From assembly GCA_051251915.1 (NCBI GenBank), contig JBPOGF010000017.1, positions 39,863 through 103,862 of the forward strand: a stretch of 64,000 bases of DNA, written 5' to 3'. This stretch comes from Akkermansiaceae bacterium (GTDB lineage Bacteria; Verrucomicrobiota; Verrucomicrobiia; Verrucomicrobiales; Akkermansiaceae). The notes under the pieces are model-generated. The model saw nothing but the letters and a program-made list of their open reading frames with translations, had not been told where the DNA came from and ran no database searches. Positions 1 through 10,268 of the stretch are shown piece by piece. Both the position numbers and the translations under genes were made by a program. Each line of letters starts with the position of its first letter. Position 1 is the stretch's first letter.

Positions 1-565
1 GGAGAGCTTTGGCGCGGTGGCTGAGTTGGTTTTTGATGTCATCGCCGAGTTGCGCGAATGTTTTCTGGTAGCCTTCAGGGATGAAGAGCGGATCGTAGCC
101 GAAGCCTTTGTCTCCGGTGAGCTCTGAGATGATAGTTCCTTCGGCGCTGCCGTCGAAGTGTGCGAGACGTTTGCCGTTTTCGGCGATAACCATTACGCAT
201 TTGAATCTTGCGGTTTTTGGTGTGGATGAAGGGAGTTTAGCGAGTTCGCTGAGGAGCTTGGCGTTGTTTGCCTCGTTGTCTCCATCTGTGCCTGCGTAGC
301 GTGATGAATAGACGCCTGGTTCACCGTTGAGGGCATCTACTTCTAGGCCTGAGTCGTCTGAGAGAATGATTCCGTTGGTGACTTTGCTTATTTCTACTGC
401 TTTGAGTGTGGCGTTTTCTAGGAAAGTGGTGCCTGTTTCTGCTACGTCTGGGAAGTCTCCTGAGGTGAGATCTACTACCGCAAAGTGGGTTCCTAGCATC
501 GACTGGATTTCACTGGTCTTATGAGTGTTACGCGTAGCAACGAGAAGTGGTGTGGCTGATGACAT
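1..565 (-). CDS. rdgB: RdgB/HAM1 non-canonical purine NTP pyrophosphatase (3' end runs off window)
   Basis: Not in ORF track. Hand translation of minus strand from ATG 565 gives MSSATPLLVATRNTHK...GFGYDPLFIPEGYQKTFAQLGDDIKNQLSHRAKAL (GFGYDP and SHR motifs). Confidence 0.93.
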   Translation of the reverse strand, partial: MSSATPLLVATRNTHKTSEIQSMLGTHFAVVDLTSGDFPDVAETGTTFLENATLKAVEISKVTNGIILSDDSGLEVDALNGEPGVYSSRYAGTDGDNEANNAKLLSELAKLPSSTPKTARFKCVMVIAENGKRLAHFDGSAEGTIISELTGDKGFGYDPLFIPEGYQKTFAQLGDDIKNQLSHRAKAL

Positions 566-713
566 AGTATACTTCTAGTGTGCTTAGGCTGGATTTCAAG
601 AACAGATTCTCGATGTGGTGCTGCTAGAGCTTATGACAAGGTGTGTGAAAATAATGGCATAGTAATCGCTGGAAAATAAAATGATTATGTGTTAGTTTAT
701 GGCACTATAAATA

Positions 714-1163
714 ATGATTATTTCTTTCTACTCGAAGTCTCCCAATTATAGCTGGCTATCTAACTTTGCTCATTTCAAATTTGAGCTTGATGGTAAGGAT
801 TGGATGAGTGTGGAGCATTATTATCAGGCGATGAAGTTTGAGGATGAGGATTTACAGAACGAGGTAAGGTTGTCTAGCACTGCGCTGCATGCCCGTAAGA
901 TAGCTAAAAGCTGGAGTGCTAAGTCGAGGAGGGACTGGAGAACTGAGAAGGTAAAGGTGATGGCGAAGGGGCTGGAGGCGAAATTTACCCAGAACCTGGA
1001 GTTGCAGGAATGGCTTTTGAAGACGAATGAGGCGCCGTTAGCGCATATTGTTTCTAGCGATCTTTTCTGGGGAGTGAATCATGATGGGGAGGGTGCTAAC
1101 ATGCTGGGAGAGATGATAGAGTCGCTCCGGCAACGGTTGCGAAGGAAGTTAGAGGAGGGGTAG
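714..1163 (+). CDS. NADAR (YbiA-like) family protein
   Basis: LSNF, SVEHYYQAMKF, KFTQN, DLFWG...GANMLG motifs. Confidence 0.88.
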   Translation: MIISFYSKSPNYSWLSNFAHFKFELDGKDWMSVEHYYQAMKFEDEDLQNEVRLSSTALHARKIAKSWSAKSRRDWRTEKVKVMAKGLEAKFTQNLELQEWLLKTNEAPLAHIVSSDLFWGVNHDGEGANMLGEMIESLRQRLRRKLEEG

Positions 1164-1181
1164 CTGTAGTGGCTATTTAGA

Positions 1182-2858
1182 TTATTCTTTGTGGCCGCCT
1201 TCTTCCATGGAGAGGATGGCGTCTACCATTTGTGAGATCTGTTCCTCGCTGTATTGTGGGTTTGGAGGCATAGGGACATCTCCCCAGACTCCAGCTCCGC
1301 CTTTGAGGATCTTGGCTGCTAATATGTCTTCTGCGCCTTTCTTTCCACGGTAGCGGTCTGCGACATCGATGTAGCGTGGTCCGACTGATTTTTCTTGGGT
1401 TTGGTGGCAGGATAGGCAGGTGGCTTCTGCGAGGAGTTGGGTGCCTGGATGTTCTTTGGGAAGGCCAGCGAGGCGCTCGTCCACTGCATCGGCATCGATG
1501 AGTTCTTTGCCTTCTTTTGAGAAAGTTACTTTTTTGAGTGTGCCGTTTTTGTTGTCATACCAGCCTTTGCCGTATTCTAGGACATACATGGTTCCGTCTG
1601 AGCCGAGTTCGACGTCTGCGGGGTGGATGAATTTCTTGCTGTGGAGCCAGTTTTTCTTCCATTCCATTTTGCCGGATTTATCGATTTTGGTGAGTTGCAT
1701 TTTGCCGTTGTTCCAGTCAAAAGTGATGAGGCATCCGTCTAGCTCGCGAGGGAGTTTTTGGTCGGAGTCTGCGTGGTCATCGTAGTAGTAGACTGGGCCG
1801 GCGCAGTAGCATGAGCGGTTCTCAAACCAGAGTGGCTCTTGAGCTTCAGGGAGCCTTTCGAGTCCTGTGTTGAGGCGGGAGTTGTTGACTGGCTTTTTAG
1901 GGTCAAATTTTTCGCCTACTTTATTGGTTTCAAAATCATATTCAGCGTAGGGTTTGTTGTCAGCTACGAAGTATGGCCAACCGTAGTTGCCGGCTTTTGA
2001 GGCTTGGTTGATTTCGCAGTATCCTCTGGGGCCTCTGCTAGTTTCTTTGCGTGCATCTGGTCCTACTTCTCCCCAGTAGAGGGTTCCGTTTCTTTGGTCT
2101 ACGCCGATTCTCCATGGATTACGGCAGCCCATGATGTAGATTTCTGGTAGGGTTTTGGAGGTTCCTCTGCGGAAGAGGTTTCCAGTTGGGATGGTGTATT
2201 TGCCGTTTGATGTAGGGGTGATTCTGAGGACTTTGCCTCGGAGGTCGTTGGTGTTGCTGGCGCTGCGCTGGGAGTTTTCGTGTTCGTGGTCTTTACGTTC
2301 GTCTAGTGGTGGGTAGCCTTTGGCTGGGAATGGTGCGCTGTTGTCTCCAGTGGAGATGAATAGGTTTCCTTTGTGGTCGAATGCGAGTGATCCGCCTTCG
2401 TGGCAGACTCCGTCTTTGCGGGACTGTGGAATCTCTAGCATTATTTTTTCTTGGCTGACCTTGCCTTTTTTGAATGTGAATCGAGATAGGCGGTGGACTT
2501 CTGGGCTTTTTGGTGAGTAGTAGACGTAGAACCAACCATTTTTCATGAAGTTGGGGTCTGCGGTGATTCCTAGGAGTCCGGTTTCACGTGAGTGTTTTTC
2601 TTTTTTGACTTTGGTCAGGACTGAGACTTCGAATTGTTTGATGACTTGTGTTTCACCGGTTTTAGGAGAGTACCATTTGAGTGCTCCTGTGCGCTCGGTG
2701 ATGAAGATGTCGCCGGTGGGAAGGGTGGTGATTTCCATGGCGTCCACTAAGTTTGTGGCGAGGGTTTCTACTTTGAAGAATTCGTCACTAGGTATGTCGC
2801 TTGCCGCGAATGCTTTGACGGAGAGAAGAAGACTGAGGGTTATAGATTGAATTTTCAT
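1182..2858 (-). CDS. Secreted PQQ-dependent sugar dehydrogenase (GSDH) propeller fused to C-terminal c-type cytochrome
   Basis: Signal peptide; GLLGITADPNF, HEGGSLAF, LFISTGDN, GCRNPWR, GNYGWP; C-terminal CLSCH with GP.Y and MPPNP. Confidence 0.85.
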   Translation of the reverse strand: MKIQSITLSLLLSVKAFAASDIPSDEFFKVETLATNLVDAMEITTLPTGDIFITERTGALKWYSPKTGETQVIKQFEVSVLTKVKKEKHSRETGLLGITADPNFMKNGWFYVYYSPKSPEVHRLSRFTFKKGKVSQEKIMLEIPQSRKDGVCHEGGSLAFDHKGNLFISTGDNSAPFPAKGYPPLDERKDHEHENSQRSASNTNDLRGKVLRITPTSNGKYTIPTGNLFRRGTSKTLPEIYIMGCRNPWRIGVDQRNGTLYWGEVGPDARKETSRGPRGYCEINQASKAGNYGWPYFVADNKPYAEYDFETNKVGEKFDPKKPVNNSRLNTGLERLPEAQEPLWFENRSCYCAGPVYYYDDHADSDQKLPRELDGCLITFDWNNGKMQLTKIDKSGKMEWKKNWLHSKKFIHPADVELGSDGTMYVLEYGKGWYDNKNGTLKKVTFSKEGKELIDADAVDERLAGLPKEHPGTQLLAEATCLSCHQTQEKSVGPRYIDVADRYRGKKGAEDILAAKILKGGAGVWGDVPMPPNPQYSEEQISQMVDAILSMEEGGHKE

Positions 2859-2964
2859 GGGTTTTGAAATCGGACATTAATGTCGAACTAATTTAGCAAA
2901 CACCAAAAATGAGCCAAAACAAGGAAAAGGTTTGGGTTTGAGTGTTTTCTGATGAAGGGGAATG

Positions 2965-3873
2965 CTAGCCGATTGGGGAAATGTAGTAGCTACTGGATAT
3001 GCCTTCGATGTCGTGATGGTATAGGAAACAGTTTGAATCTGCGGCTTGGATAGCGTTGATCATTTGTGGTAGTTCCTCGTGGGTGATGATGGTTCTTACG
3101 ATGCTGAATGATTCTCCTGTGTGACCGCCGGTGCCCTTGTGTAGTGTGTATGTGCGGTGGGCTTTAGTGGATGTGATGGCGGTCCCTACTGCTTCTTGCT
3201 TGCGGGTGATCACTGCCAGCATGGTGATTTTAAATTTGCGATAGAAGTTGTTTAAGGTTTCTGCGGAAACGAAGATGTAGATGCCAGTGTACATGAGGGT
3301 GTTGATGACGGCTTCAAAATCTCCATTTTTTAGGAAGTCTAGGCTGAGGCCGAATGTGGTAGAGACGATGGAGGCGATGATGGCGATGGAGCCGACTGGT
3401 TTTAAGTATTTCACGGCGAAGTAGGCTCCGAGGATATCTTCGTCACCTGTGGAACCGCGGCTTTTGAATGCGATGGCTTTACTGCCTCCGGCGAGAATGC
3501 CGCCGAATAGGACTAGGATGATGCGTTCGTTTTGGGATTCGGGTTGTGCGAAACTGAGCTCGGGGAGGATGATGAGGCCTAGTGTGACCATGGTTACGAC
3601 GAGCAGTGATCGCCGAGCAAAAACGCGGCTGACTTTAGCGAAGGCGAAGGTGAGTAGACCGGCTTGGAAGATGAGGTAGAGGGTGATGAATAGCCAGTAG
3701 CTGTCGAAGTAGTATGAGAATGCTGTGGCGATGCCCTCGGTGCCTGTTAGGATGACTTTCGATGGGAGGACGAAATATTTTAGCGCGATGGCGTAAAGTA
3801 CTCCAGCGAGGATGATGAGGCTGTAGTCTTTTACTAGGTGTTGTGGCTGGATTTGGTGAGTCGGGGTGGTCAT
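2965..3873 (-). CDS. YitT family membrane protein
   Basis: Multiple TM segments, GTEGIA and GSTGDEDI motifs, C-terminal soluble DUF2179-like part. Confidence 0.75.
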   Translation of the reverse strand: MTTPTHQIQPQHLVKDYSLIILAGVLYAIALKYFVLPSKVILTGTEGIATAFSYYFDSYWLFITLYLIFQAGLLTFAFAKVSRVFARRSLLVVTMVTLGLIILPELSFAQPESQNERIILVLFGGILAGGSKAIAFKSRGSTGDEDILGAYFAVKYLKPVGSIAIIASIVSTTFGLSLDFLKNGDFEAVINTLMYTGIYIFVSAETLNNFYRKFKITMLAVITRKQEAVGTAITSTKAHRTYTLHKGTGGHTGESFSIVRTIITHEELPQMINAIQAADSNCFLYHHDIEGISSSYYISPIG

Positions 3874-3895
3874 ATGTTAGTGGGTGGGAAGCGGC

Positions 3896-4189
3896 TTATT
3901 TGTTGTCGTGCCTCCAGATGTGGTGGACGATTTCTTGGTAGATTTTTTCGGGTAGTTCTTTGTAGGGTTTGATTAAGAAATCGTCGAAATGCTGGGTGGA
4001 TTCGTGGTGCTCTGAGCCGAGTCCCATTTCATCGCCTTTTTTCCAATGCATGCCTTCTGGTAATGGGAGGTAAAAGCTCCAGTGCACGGTTCTATCATCA
4101 AATTTGAGATCGATATAATAGGATGGATCGACTTTGGATTTTTTTTCACGGGCAATTTCTTCAGCTGATGGTGGGTATCTGAATCGCAT
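3896..4189 (-). CDS. Hypothetical protein
   Basis: 97-aa ORF co-oriented with neighbours; promoter-like TTGAAA-N16-TACAGT ending 6 nt before ATG. Confidence 0.6.
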   Translation of the reverse strand: MRFRYPPSAEEIAREKKSKVDPSYYIDLKFDDRTVHWSFYLPLPEGMHWKKGDEMGLGSEHHESTQHFDDFLIKPYKELPEKIYQEIVHHIWRHDNK

Positions 4190-4254
4190 AGCATGACTGT
4201 AGAATGGAAGTTGGTAATTTCAAGTGGTATGAGAAGGAGAAATGGATGCACAAA

Positions 4255-4295
4255 GCCCCTCGAAGTAAACCTAGGGAAGGTCTACGACGAAGGGC
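4255..4295 (-). terminator. Long hairpin, probable terminator after the RND operon
   Basis: Minus strand GCCCTTCG-TC-GTAGACCT-TCCCT-AGGTTTAC-TT-CGAGGGGC followed by TTTG; the G.U pairs form only on the minus strand. Confidence 0.55.
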
Positions 4296-4326
4296 CGCGT
4301 GAAAGTGTCTGATTAGTATCTAGTAA

Positions 4327-7300
4327 TTACTCAGCGGCGGGTTCGGTGGACTTTTGCTTCACTCCCTTTCTTACGAGGACGTAGAAGAGTGGGGCGAAGA
4401 AGACGCCGAGTAGGGTAACGGCGGTCATGCCGAAGAATACTACGGTTCCGAGTGCCTGACGCATTTCGAATCCTGGGCCGGTAGCGATGACCAATGGAAT
4501 GACTCCGAGGATGAAGGCGAAGGCGGTCATGATGATGGGGCGTAAACGTAGTCTGGCGGCTTCTAGAGCAGCTTCGAATCTGTTCTTGCCTTCGTCTTCG
4601 AGTTGCTTGGCGAACTCAACGATGAGGATGGCATTTTTAGAGGCCAATGCGATGAGCACTACGAGTCCGACCTGGGTGAGGATGTTGTTATCCATTCCTC
4701 TGAGGTGAACTCCCCAGATGGCGCCAGCTAGACAGAGTGGAACGGTGAGCACAACGGCGAGTGGCATGCCCCAAGATTCATACTGAGCGGTGAGCAGGAG
4801 GAAGACGAAGAAGATAGCAAGGAGAAATACTACCGTGGGGCTGGTGCCTGGTTTTTTCTCTTGGTATGCGAGTTCTGTCCACTCGTAGCTGATGCCTGGA
4901 GGTAAGATTTCTTTCGCAAGGCGATCCATGGTGTCTAGTGCTTGACCTGTGCTGACTCCTGGTGTGGGTGTTCCTAGTAGGTCAGATGATGAGTAGAGGT
5001 TGTGCCTAACTACGCGGTCTGGACCTGTGGCGGTCTTCATGGTGATGAAGGAGCCGAGTGGTACCATTTCACCTGTTTTGTTTTTGACCTTTAGTTTGGT
5101 GATGTCGTCCGCGACTTCACGGAAGTTTCCGTCTGCTTGGGCGGTGACTCGGAAGGTTCTGCCGTAGAGGTTGATTTCGTTGATGAATGAGCTACCGAGC
5201 TGAGTTTCCAAGGTGCTGAAAACTTCTGTGAGGTTGATGTCTAGCATCTGTGCTTTTTCACGGTTGATGTCTGCGTAGAGCTGTGGAGACGATGCCGAGT
5301 ATGGAGTGAATGCCATGGCAATGGTCGGATCAGCGGTGGCTGCAAACGCTAGCTGCCAAGTGGCTTCTTCTAGGGCCTTGTAGCCTAGACCTGCGCGGTC
5401 TTGGATTTCCATTTTGAAACCGCCTCCTCTGCCGAGTCCGCGGACTGTGGCGGGTGGGATGACGAAGGCGATGGCGTCTTGTTTGGCGGCGACTTGTTGG
5501 ATTTTAGCGTAGATGGCATTTGCTGTAGTGTCAGCGGTGGTGCGATCTGCGAAGTCATCAAACGGGGTGAAAATCACGAATGAGTTTGATGAGTTAGAGA
5601 ATGTGGCGCCATTGAAGCCAGCGAAGGCTACGGTGTGCTTGACTCCTTTGACATCGAGGACGTCTTTGATGAGATTTCTAGCTAGTTCGTCAGTTTTGGA
5701 GAGCGCCGTTCCTGGTGGGAGCTGGACTGCAACGATGGAGTATCCTTGATCTTGAGATGGGATGAATCCGCCTGGAACTGTCTTGAAGCCAGAGTATGCG
5801 AGATACATGAGTCCGCCGTAGAGGAGGAGCATGATGAATGCCATGCGGACTACGCGCTTGATGGTCCATGAATAGGCACCAGTGAATTTATCGAAGACCC
5901 AGTTGAAGAGCTTGAAGAACCATCCGAATAGGAAGTTGATAATGCGGCTGAGGAAGTCTGGCTTGGCATTATGGTTTCTTAGTAGCAATACGCTGAGTGC
6001 TGGTGAGAGGGTGAGCGATACGAGTGCTGAAATACTGGTGGATGTGGCAATGGTGACAGCGAACTGTCTGTAGAACTGGCCGGTGATCCCACTGATGAAT
6101 GCAGTAGGGATGAATACTGCGAGGAGCACGAGTGCGGATGCGATGAGGGCGCCGGAGACTTCTGCCATGGCGCGTCTGGTGGCTTGTCTTGGCTCCATGC
6201 CGTCTTCGAGGTTACGCATGACATTTTCTACTACCACGATGGCGTCATCAACGACGATACCAATGGCGAGAACGAGTCCGAAGAGGGTGAGGTTATTTAC
6301 GGAGTACCCGAGTATCTGCATGACGGCGAATGTGCCGATGAGTGAGATGGGGATGGCGATGACGGGGATGATGGCGGCTCTCCATGACTGGAGGAAGACG
6401 AGCATGACGATGACGACGAGGAATACGGCTTCCACGAGTGTGTGGAGCACGGCGTCGATGGAGTTGTCGATGAATTGTGTAGGATCATAGACGATTCTGT
6501 ATTCGAGGCCTTCTGGGAAGTCCTGGGCGAGGTCGTTCATGGCGGTGCGGATTTCTTCTGCGGTTTCGAGTGCGTTAGAGCCGGGTCGCTGGAAGATGGG
6601 AAGAGCTACGGTTCTGTCGTTGTCTAGGTAGGCATTGACTCCGTAGTCAACGGCGCCAAGTTCGATTCTGGCGACGTCTTTGAGGTAAACTACTTTTTGG
6701 TCACCGGTGCTTTTAACGATGATGTTTTCAAACTCACCTTGCTCGGAGAGTCTGCCTGTGGTGGTGACGTTGAGCTGGAGGGGGACTTTGTTAGGGATGG
6801 GTTCTTGACCGATGATGCCGGCTGCGACTTGGACGTTTTGGGATCTTAGGGCTGTGAGGACTTCGGTGGTGGAGAGCTTGTAGAAGTCCATGCGTTCTGG
6901 GTTTAGCCATACTCGCATGGAGTATTCACGGCCACCGAAGAGGCGGACTTCACCGACGCCTTCGACACGGCGGAGGCGTTCACGGACTTGGAGTAGCGCG
7001 TAGTTTGAGACGTAGAGGGTGTCAAATGTCTTATCTGGCGAGAGCATCTGGACGACCATCATGAGGTCTGGTGAGGACTTGTTTACTGTGATACCAATCT
7101 GGCGAGTAGCAGCGGGGAGGCGGGACTCGGCGATGGCGACACGGTTCTGAACGAGGACCTGAGCGGCATCTAGATCAGTGCCTAGCTCGAAGGCAACGGT
7201 GAGGGTATAAACACCATCAGCGGTGCTGGATGAGTTCATGTAGAGCATGCCCTCGGTGCCGTTTACTTCCTGCTCGATAGGGGCGGCGATGGTGTTGGCA

Positions 7301-7479
7301 AGGACGTCTGGGCTGGCGCCAGAGAGGACGGCAGTAACGACCACTGTGGGTGGTGCTACTTCTGGGAACTGAGATACGGGCAGTGTCCTAAATGCTAGGA
7401 AGCCGACGAAGGTGATAATCAACGATATGACCGTGGCGAAACGGGGTCTATCGATGAAGAAATTAGCGAAGTTCTTCAT
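4327..7479 (-). CDS. HAE1 RND efflux permease (AcrB/MexF-like)
   Basis: 1050 aa; FFIDRPRFA, LPVSQFPEVAPP, GIVVDDAIVVVEN, KNAILIVEFA, RLRPIIMT. Confidence 0.97.
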   Translation of the reverse strand: MKNFANFFIDRPRFATVISLIITFVGFLAFRTLPVSQFPEVAPPTVVVTAVLSGASPDVLANTIAAPIEQEVNGTEGMLYMNSSSTADGVYTLTVAFELGTDLDAAQVLVQNRVAIAESRLPAATRQIGITVNKSSPDLMMVVQMLSPDKTFDTLYVSNYALLQVRERLRRVEGVGEVRLFGGREYSMRVWLNPERMDFYKLSTTEVLTALRSQNVQVAAGIIGQEPIPNKVPLQLNVTTTGRLSEQGEFENIIVKSTGDQKVVYLKDVARIELGAVDYGVNAYLDNDRTVALPIFQRPGSNALETAEEIRTAMNDLAQDFPEGLEYRIVYDPTQFIDNSIDAVLHTLVEAVFLVVIVMLVFLQSWRAAIIPVIAIPISLIGTFAVMQILGYSVNNLTLFGLVLAIGIVVDDAIVVVENVMRNLEDGMEPRQATRRAMAEVSGALIASALVLLAVFIPTAFISGITGQFYRQFAVTIATSTSISALVSLTLSPALSVLLLRNHNAKPDFLSRIINFLFGWFFKLFNWVFDKFTGAYSWTIKRVVRMAFIMLLLYGGLMYLAYSGFKTVPGGFIPSQDQGYSIVAVQLPPGTALSKTDELARNLIKDVLDVKGVKHTVAFAGFNGATFSNSSNSFVIFTPFDDFADRTTADTTANAIYAKIQQVAAKQDAIAFVIPPATVRGLGRGGGFKMEIQDRAGLGYKALEEATWQLAFAATADPTIAMAFTPYSASSPQLYADINREKAQMLDINLTEVFSTLETQLGSSFINEINLYGRTFRVTAQADGNFREVADDITKLKVKNKTGEMVPLGSFITMKTATGPDRVVRHNLYSSSDLLGTPTPGVSTGQALDTMDRLAKEILPPGISYEWTELAYQEKKPGTSPTVVFLLAIFFVFLLLTAQYESWGMPLAVVLTVPLCLAGAIWGVHLRGMDNNILTQVGLVVLIALASKNAILIVEFAKQLEDEGKNRFEAALEAARLRLRPIIMTAFAFILGVIPLVIATGPGFEMRQALGTVVFFGMTAVTLLGVFFAPLFYVLVRKGVKQKSTEPAAE

Positions 7480-7517
7480 GGTGAAATTTAGATGAAATTA
7501 GTGAGTGGAAATGTTGG

Positions 7518-8738
7518 TTACTGAACGGTTTCAGCTTTTTCTGGGGAAGCTTTTGTTGTGGCTTCAGGAGCTGGGGGTAAGGTTTTTTCCTCTACCATTG
7601 GGACATCGATGGGGCTCATTGGTGTCTGAGGGCGGATGAATTGGATTCTGCCGACAGCGATTTTATCTTCAGTGGTGATTCCTGATTTGACGACGCGGAG
7701 GTCGGTGAGTTGCTTGCCTACTTCCACGTAGGTTTTCTTGAGGGTGTTGTCTGGCTGAAGAACCCAGGCGAAGCGTTTGTCTTGGTCGAAGCCGAGTGCG
7801 CTTTCTTTAACGAGGATGAATTGTTGTTTCTCGCCAACTGGGATTTGCACGCGGGCGAATAATCCAGGGGTAAGGAATTTGTTTTTGTTTTCTACGAGTG
7901 CGCGGAGTTGTAGGGTAGCTGTTCCTTCATCGAGAGTGTTGTTGGCGAAGTCGATCTCGCCTTCGAATTCGTATTCATCGGAATCTGAAACGGCGATTTT
8001 AACTTTCTGGCGTTTGCCGTCACGACCTTCTGATTTACCGTTGAGGAAGAGGCGGGTGAAATCTAACACTTGGCGTTCATCGACCTCGAAGTAGCAGAAG
8101 ATAGGGTCTTGGGCGACGATGGATGTTAGGACTTGAGCGCCGGCATTTCCGCCAGAGATGTAGTTGCCGCGTGTGACGAGGCGCCTACCTGCGATGCCTG
8201 AGATGGGGGCGTTAATGTCTGCGTAGTCGCGGTTGAGCTGGGACTGGTCTAGCTGTGCTTGAGCTGACTTTAAGTTGGAAACAGCTTGGTCGTATTCGGC
8301 TTGTCTGACGTCGAGTTCTTCACGGGAAATTGCGTTTTTAGCGACTAGTGAGGTTGCTCTTGTGAGGCTTGATTTAGCGAGTTTGATGGAGGTTTCTATC
8401 TGAGCGATGCGGGCTTTAGCGATGGCTATTTCTGCATCAAATAGTGAGGGGTCGATGCTGAACATGGGCTGACCTTCCTTGATTTCTTGACCTTCTTGGA
8501 AGTGGATTTTATCGATGTAGCCGGAGACGCGTGAGCGGATTTCGACCTGCTCTTTGGCTTCGAATCTACCGGTGTAGGTTTCAGTGAGCTTGATTGATTT
8601 CTTAATGGGCGCTGCAACGGTGACTGGCATTGGGCCTTGTGGTTGTTGCTGAGCTTGCTGCTCTTTCTCTGAGCATGAGGAGAGGGAAATGGCTGCTAGG
8701 GCGGAAAGCAGGGTGAGTGGTGATGTGTAGAATTTCAT
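7518..8738 (-). CDS. RND periplasmic adaptor (MFP) lipoprotein
   Basis: Lipobox SLSSC; EIRSRVSGYI, INAPISG, LTPGLFARV. Confidence 0.95.
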   Translation of the reverse strand: MKFYTSPLTLLSALAAISLSSCSEKEQQAQQQPQGPMPVTVAAPIKKSIKLTETYTGRFEAKEQVEIRSRVSGYIDKIHFQEGQEIKEGQPMFSIDPSLFDAEIAIAKARIAQIETSIKLAKSSLTRATSLVAKNAISREELDVRQAEYDQAVSNLKSAQAQLDQSQLNRDYADINAPISGIAGRRLVTRGNYISGGNAGAQVLTSIVAQDPIFCYFEVDERQVLDFTRLFLNGKSEGRDGKRQKVKIAVSDSDEYEFEGEIDFANNTLDEGTATLQLRALVENKNKFLTPGLFARVQIPVGEKQQFILVKESALGFDQDKRFAWVLQPDNTLKKTYVEVGKQLTDLRVVKSGITTEDKIAVGRIQFIRPQTPMSPIDVPMVEEKTLPPAPEATTKASPEKAETVQ

Positions 8739-8765
8739 GTTGTCTGGTGATTTGAATGGGGTGAA

Positions 8766-10172
8766 TTATTTGGAGTGTTTGGCGAAGCCTCCACCGAGTG
8801 ACTGGATGAGCTGGATGGTGGCTGCAAATTGGCTTCCACGAGTGCGGACGGCGGCTCGCTGGGCGGTGAGTCTTTCTCGCTGTGCGTCTGCTACGTCGAG
8901 GTAACTAGTGACGCCTTCTTGGTAGCGGAGTTTAGATAGGTCGTAGGTGCGGGTGGCGGCTGTTTCTGAGGCGTTACGCGCTGCGGATTCTTCTTTTAGT
9001 GCTTTGAGGTTAGATAATGCGCTTTCTACATCTGCGATGGCTACTAGAGCTGTTTTTTGGTAATTTTTGAGTGCTTCTTCGCGCTGAGCTTGTGTGAGTA
9101 GGATGTTAGACTTGATGCGTTTGCCTTGGAAGAGTGGGACGGATGCTGATGGTCCGACGGTGAAGAAGGCGCTCGACCATGATAGGAAGTTAGAGGTTGA
9201 GACGCTGCTGCTGCCTCCGCTGCCTGTGAGTGAGAATTTAGGGAAGCGTTCTTTTTCAGCGACACCGATTAGAGCTGTGGCTACTGCTACTTTTCGCTCG
9301 GCGACGGCTAGGTCTGGTCTGCGGTAAAGGAGTGCGGCGGGAATGCCTGCAGGGATGCTAGGGAGATTACCTTTGTAGTCATGTGGGCTGATTTTAAAGG
9401 TGGAGGCTTGTCTGCCGAGGAGCACTGCGATGGAGTTTTCTAGTTGTGATCTGGCTCCTTTGAGTGAGAGGAGTTCAGCGCGTGCGTTTGCAAGTTCTGA
9501 GGTTGCTCTTGCGGAATCTAGTTCGGAGCTGAGTCCTTCTTCGAGGCGCTCTGTGGTGATGTCTACGTTCTCTTTACGAGTTTCTACTGCGCCGCGTAAG
9601 GTTGCCATTTCTGCATCTAGGAAGCGTAGGGCGAAGTATTGTCTGGCGAGTTGGGTTTGGAGTGTTACACGGACATCTGCTACTGCGTAGTCAGCGGCTT
9701 CAAGGTCTGCTTTACCAGCGTTGACGAGGTCGCGAACGCGGCCCCAGAGGTCGAGTTCGTAGGAGAGGTTGGCGCCGACGTCGTATTGCTGATAATATTC
9801 ATCTAGTTGGCTTCCGCTGAGGCCTTCGTGTGATGATTTATGTTGTTGTATGCCTGCTGTGGCACTGCCTTGAGGGAAGAGTTCTGCGCTTGTGATGCCG
9901 AGGCGAGCAAGTGCTTGCTGACGGCGAGAGTAGGCAGCGGCGAGGTCGAGATTTTGTGAGAGGAGCTCAGACTGGAGAGAGTTTAGCTTTGAGTCCTGGA
10001 AAGTTTTCCACCATTGGGATGATATGCCGAGTTGTGAGCTGGTGGCAGTTTTGTAGTTGGCGGCGGGTTGAAATTTAGGCTGAGTATAATCTGAGCCAGA
10101 ATTATTGAATGATGTGCAGCTAACGATCAGTAGGGTGGCTGGTGCTAGAATGAGTTTGAGTGAGTGTTTCAT
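8766..10172 (-). CDS. Outer-membrane efflux factor (NodT/OprM family) lipoprotein
   Basis: Lipobox IVSC; WWKTFQD, SYELDLWGRVR, RRPDLAVAE, LIQSLGGG. Confidence 0.95.
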   Translation of the reverse strand: MKHSLKLILAPATLLIVSCTSFNNSGSDYTQPKFQPAANYKTATSSQLGISSQWWKTFQDSKLNSLQSELLSQNLDLAAAYSRRQQALARLGITSAELFPQGSATAGIQQHKSSHEGLSGSQLDEYYQQYDVGANLSYELDLWGRVRDLVNAGKADLEAADYAVADVRVTLQTQLARQYFALRFLDAEMATLRGAVETRKENVDITTERLEEGLSSELDSARATSELANARAELLSLKGARSQLENSIAVLLGRQASTFKISPHDYKGNLPSIPAGIPAALLYRRPDLAVAERKVAVATALIGVAEKERFPKFSLTGSGGSSSVSTSNFLSWSSAFFTVGPSASVPLFQGKRIKSNILLTQAQREEALKNYQKTALVAIADVESALSNLKALKEESAARNASETAATRTYDLSKLRYQEGVTSYLDVADAQRERLTAQRAAVRTRGSQFAATIQLIQSLGGGFAKHSK

Positions 10173-10191
10173 GGTGAGTTAAATCTTGATT

Positions 10192-10221
10192 TGGACTGGC
10201 TGGTCTAGACTAGATGGTCTA
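10192..10221. promoter_or_regulatory. Two overlapping TetR/NemR-type operators upstream of the efflux operon
   Basis: TGGACT-GGCT-GGTCTA (10192-10207) and TAGACT-AGAT-GGTCTA (10206-10221) match the perfect palindrome at 10882-10897. Confidence 0.8.
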
Positions 10222-10268
10222 AGGTTTGATGAAAGGTTAGATACTGGTGCGATGCTCGAGGTGAGTTT

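Noticed and set aside
108..524. Plus-strand ORFs 108-299 and 327-524
   Set aside because: Antisense shadows of rdgB; the same applies to the many short ORFs overlapping long genes throughout the track.
2580..2595. parS-like GGTTTCACGTGAGTGT
   Set aside because: The right arm breaks the palindrome, it is a single copy and it lies inside a CDS.
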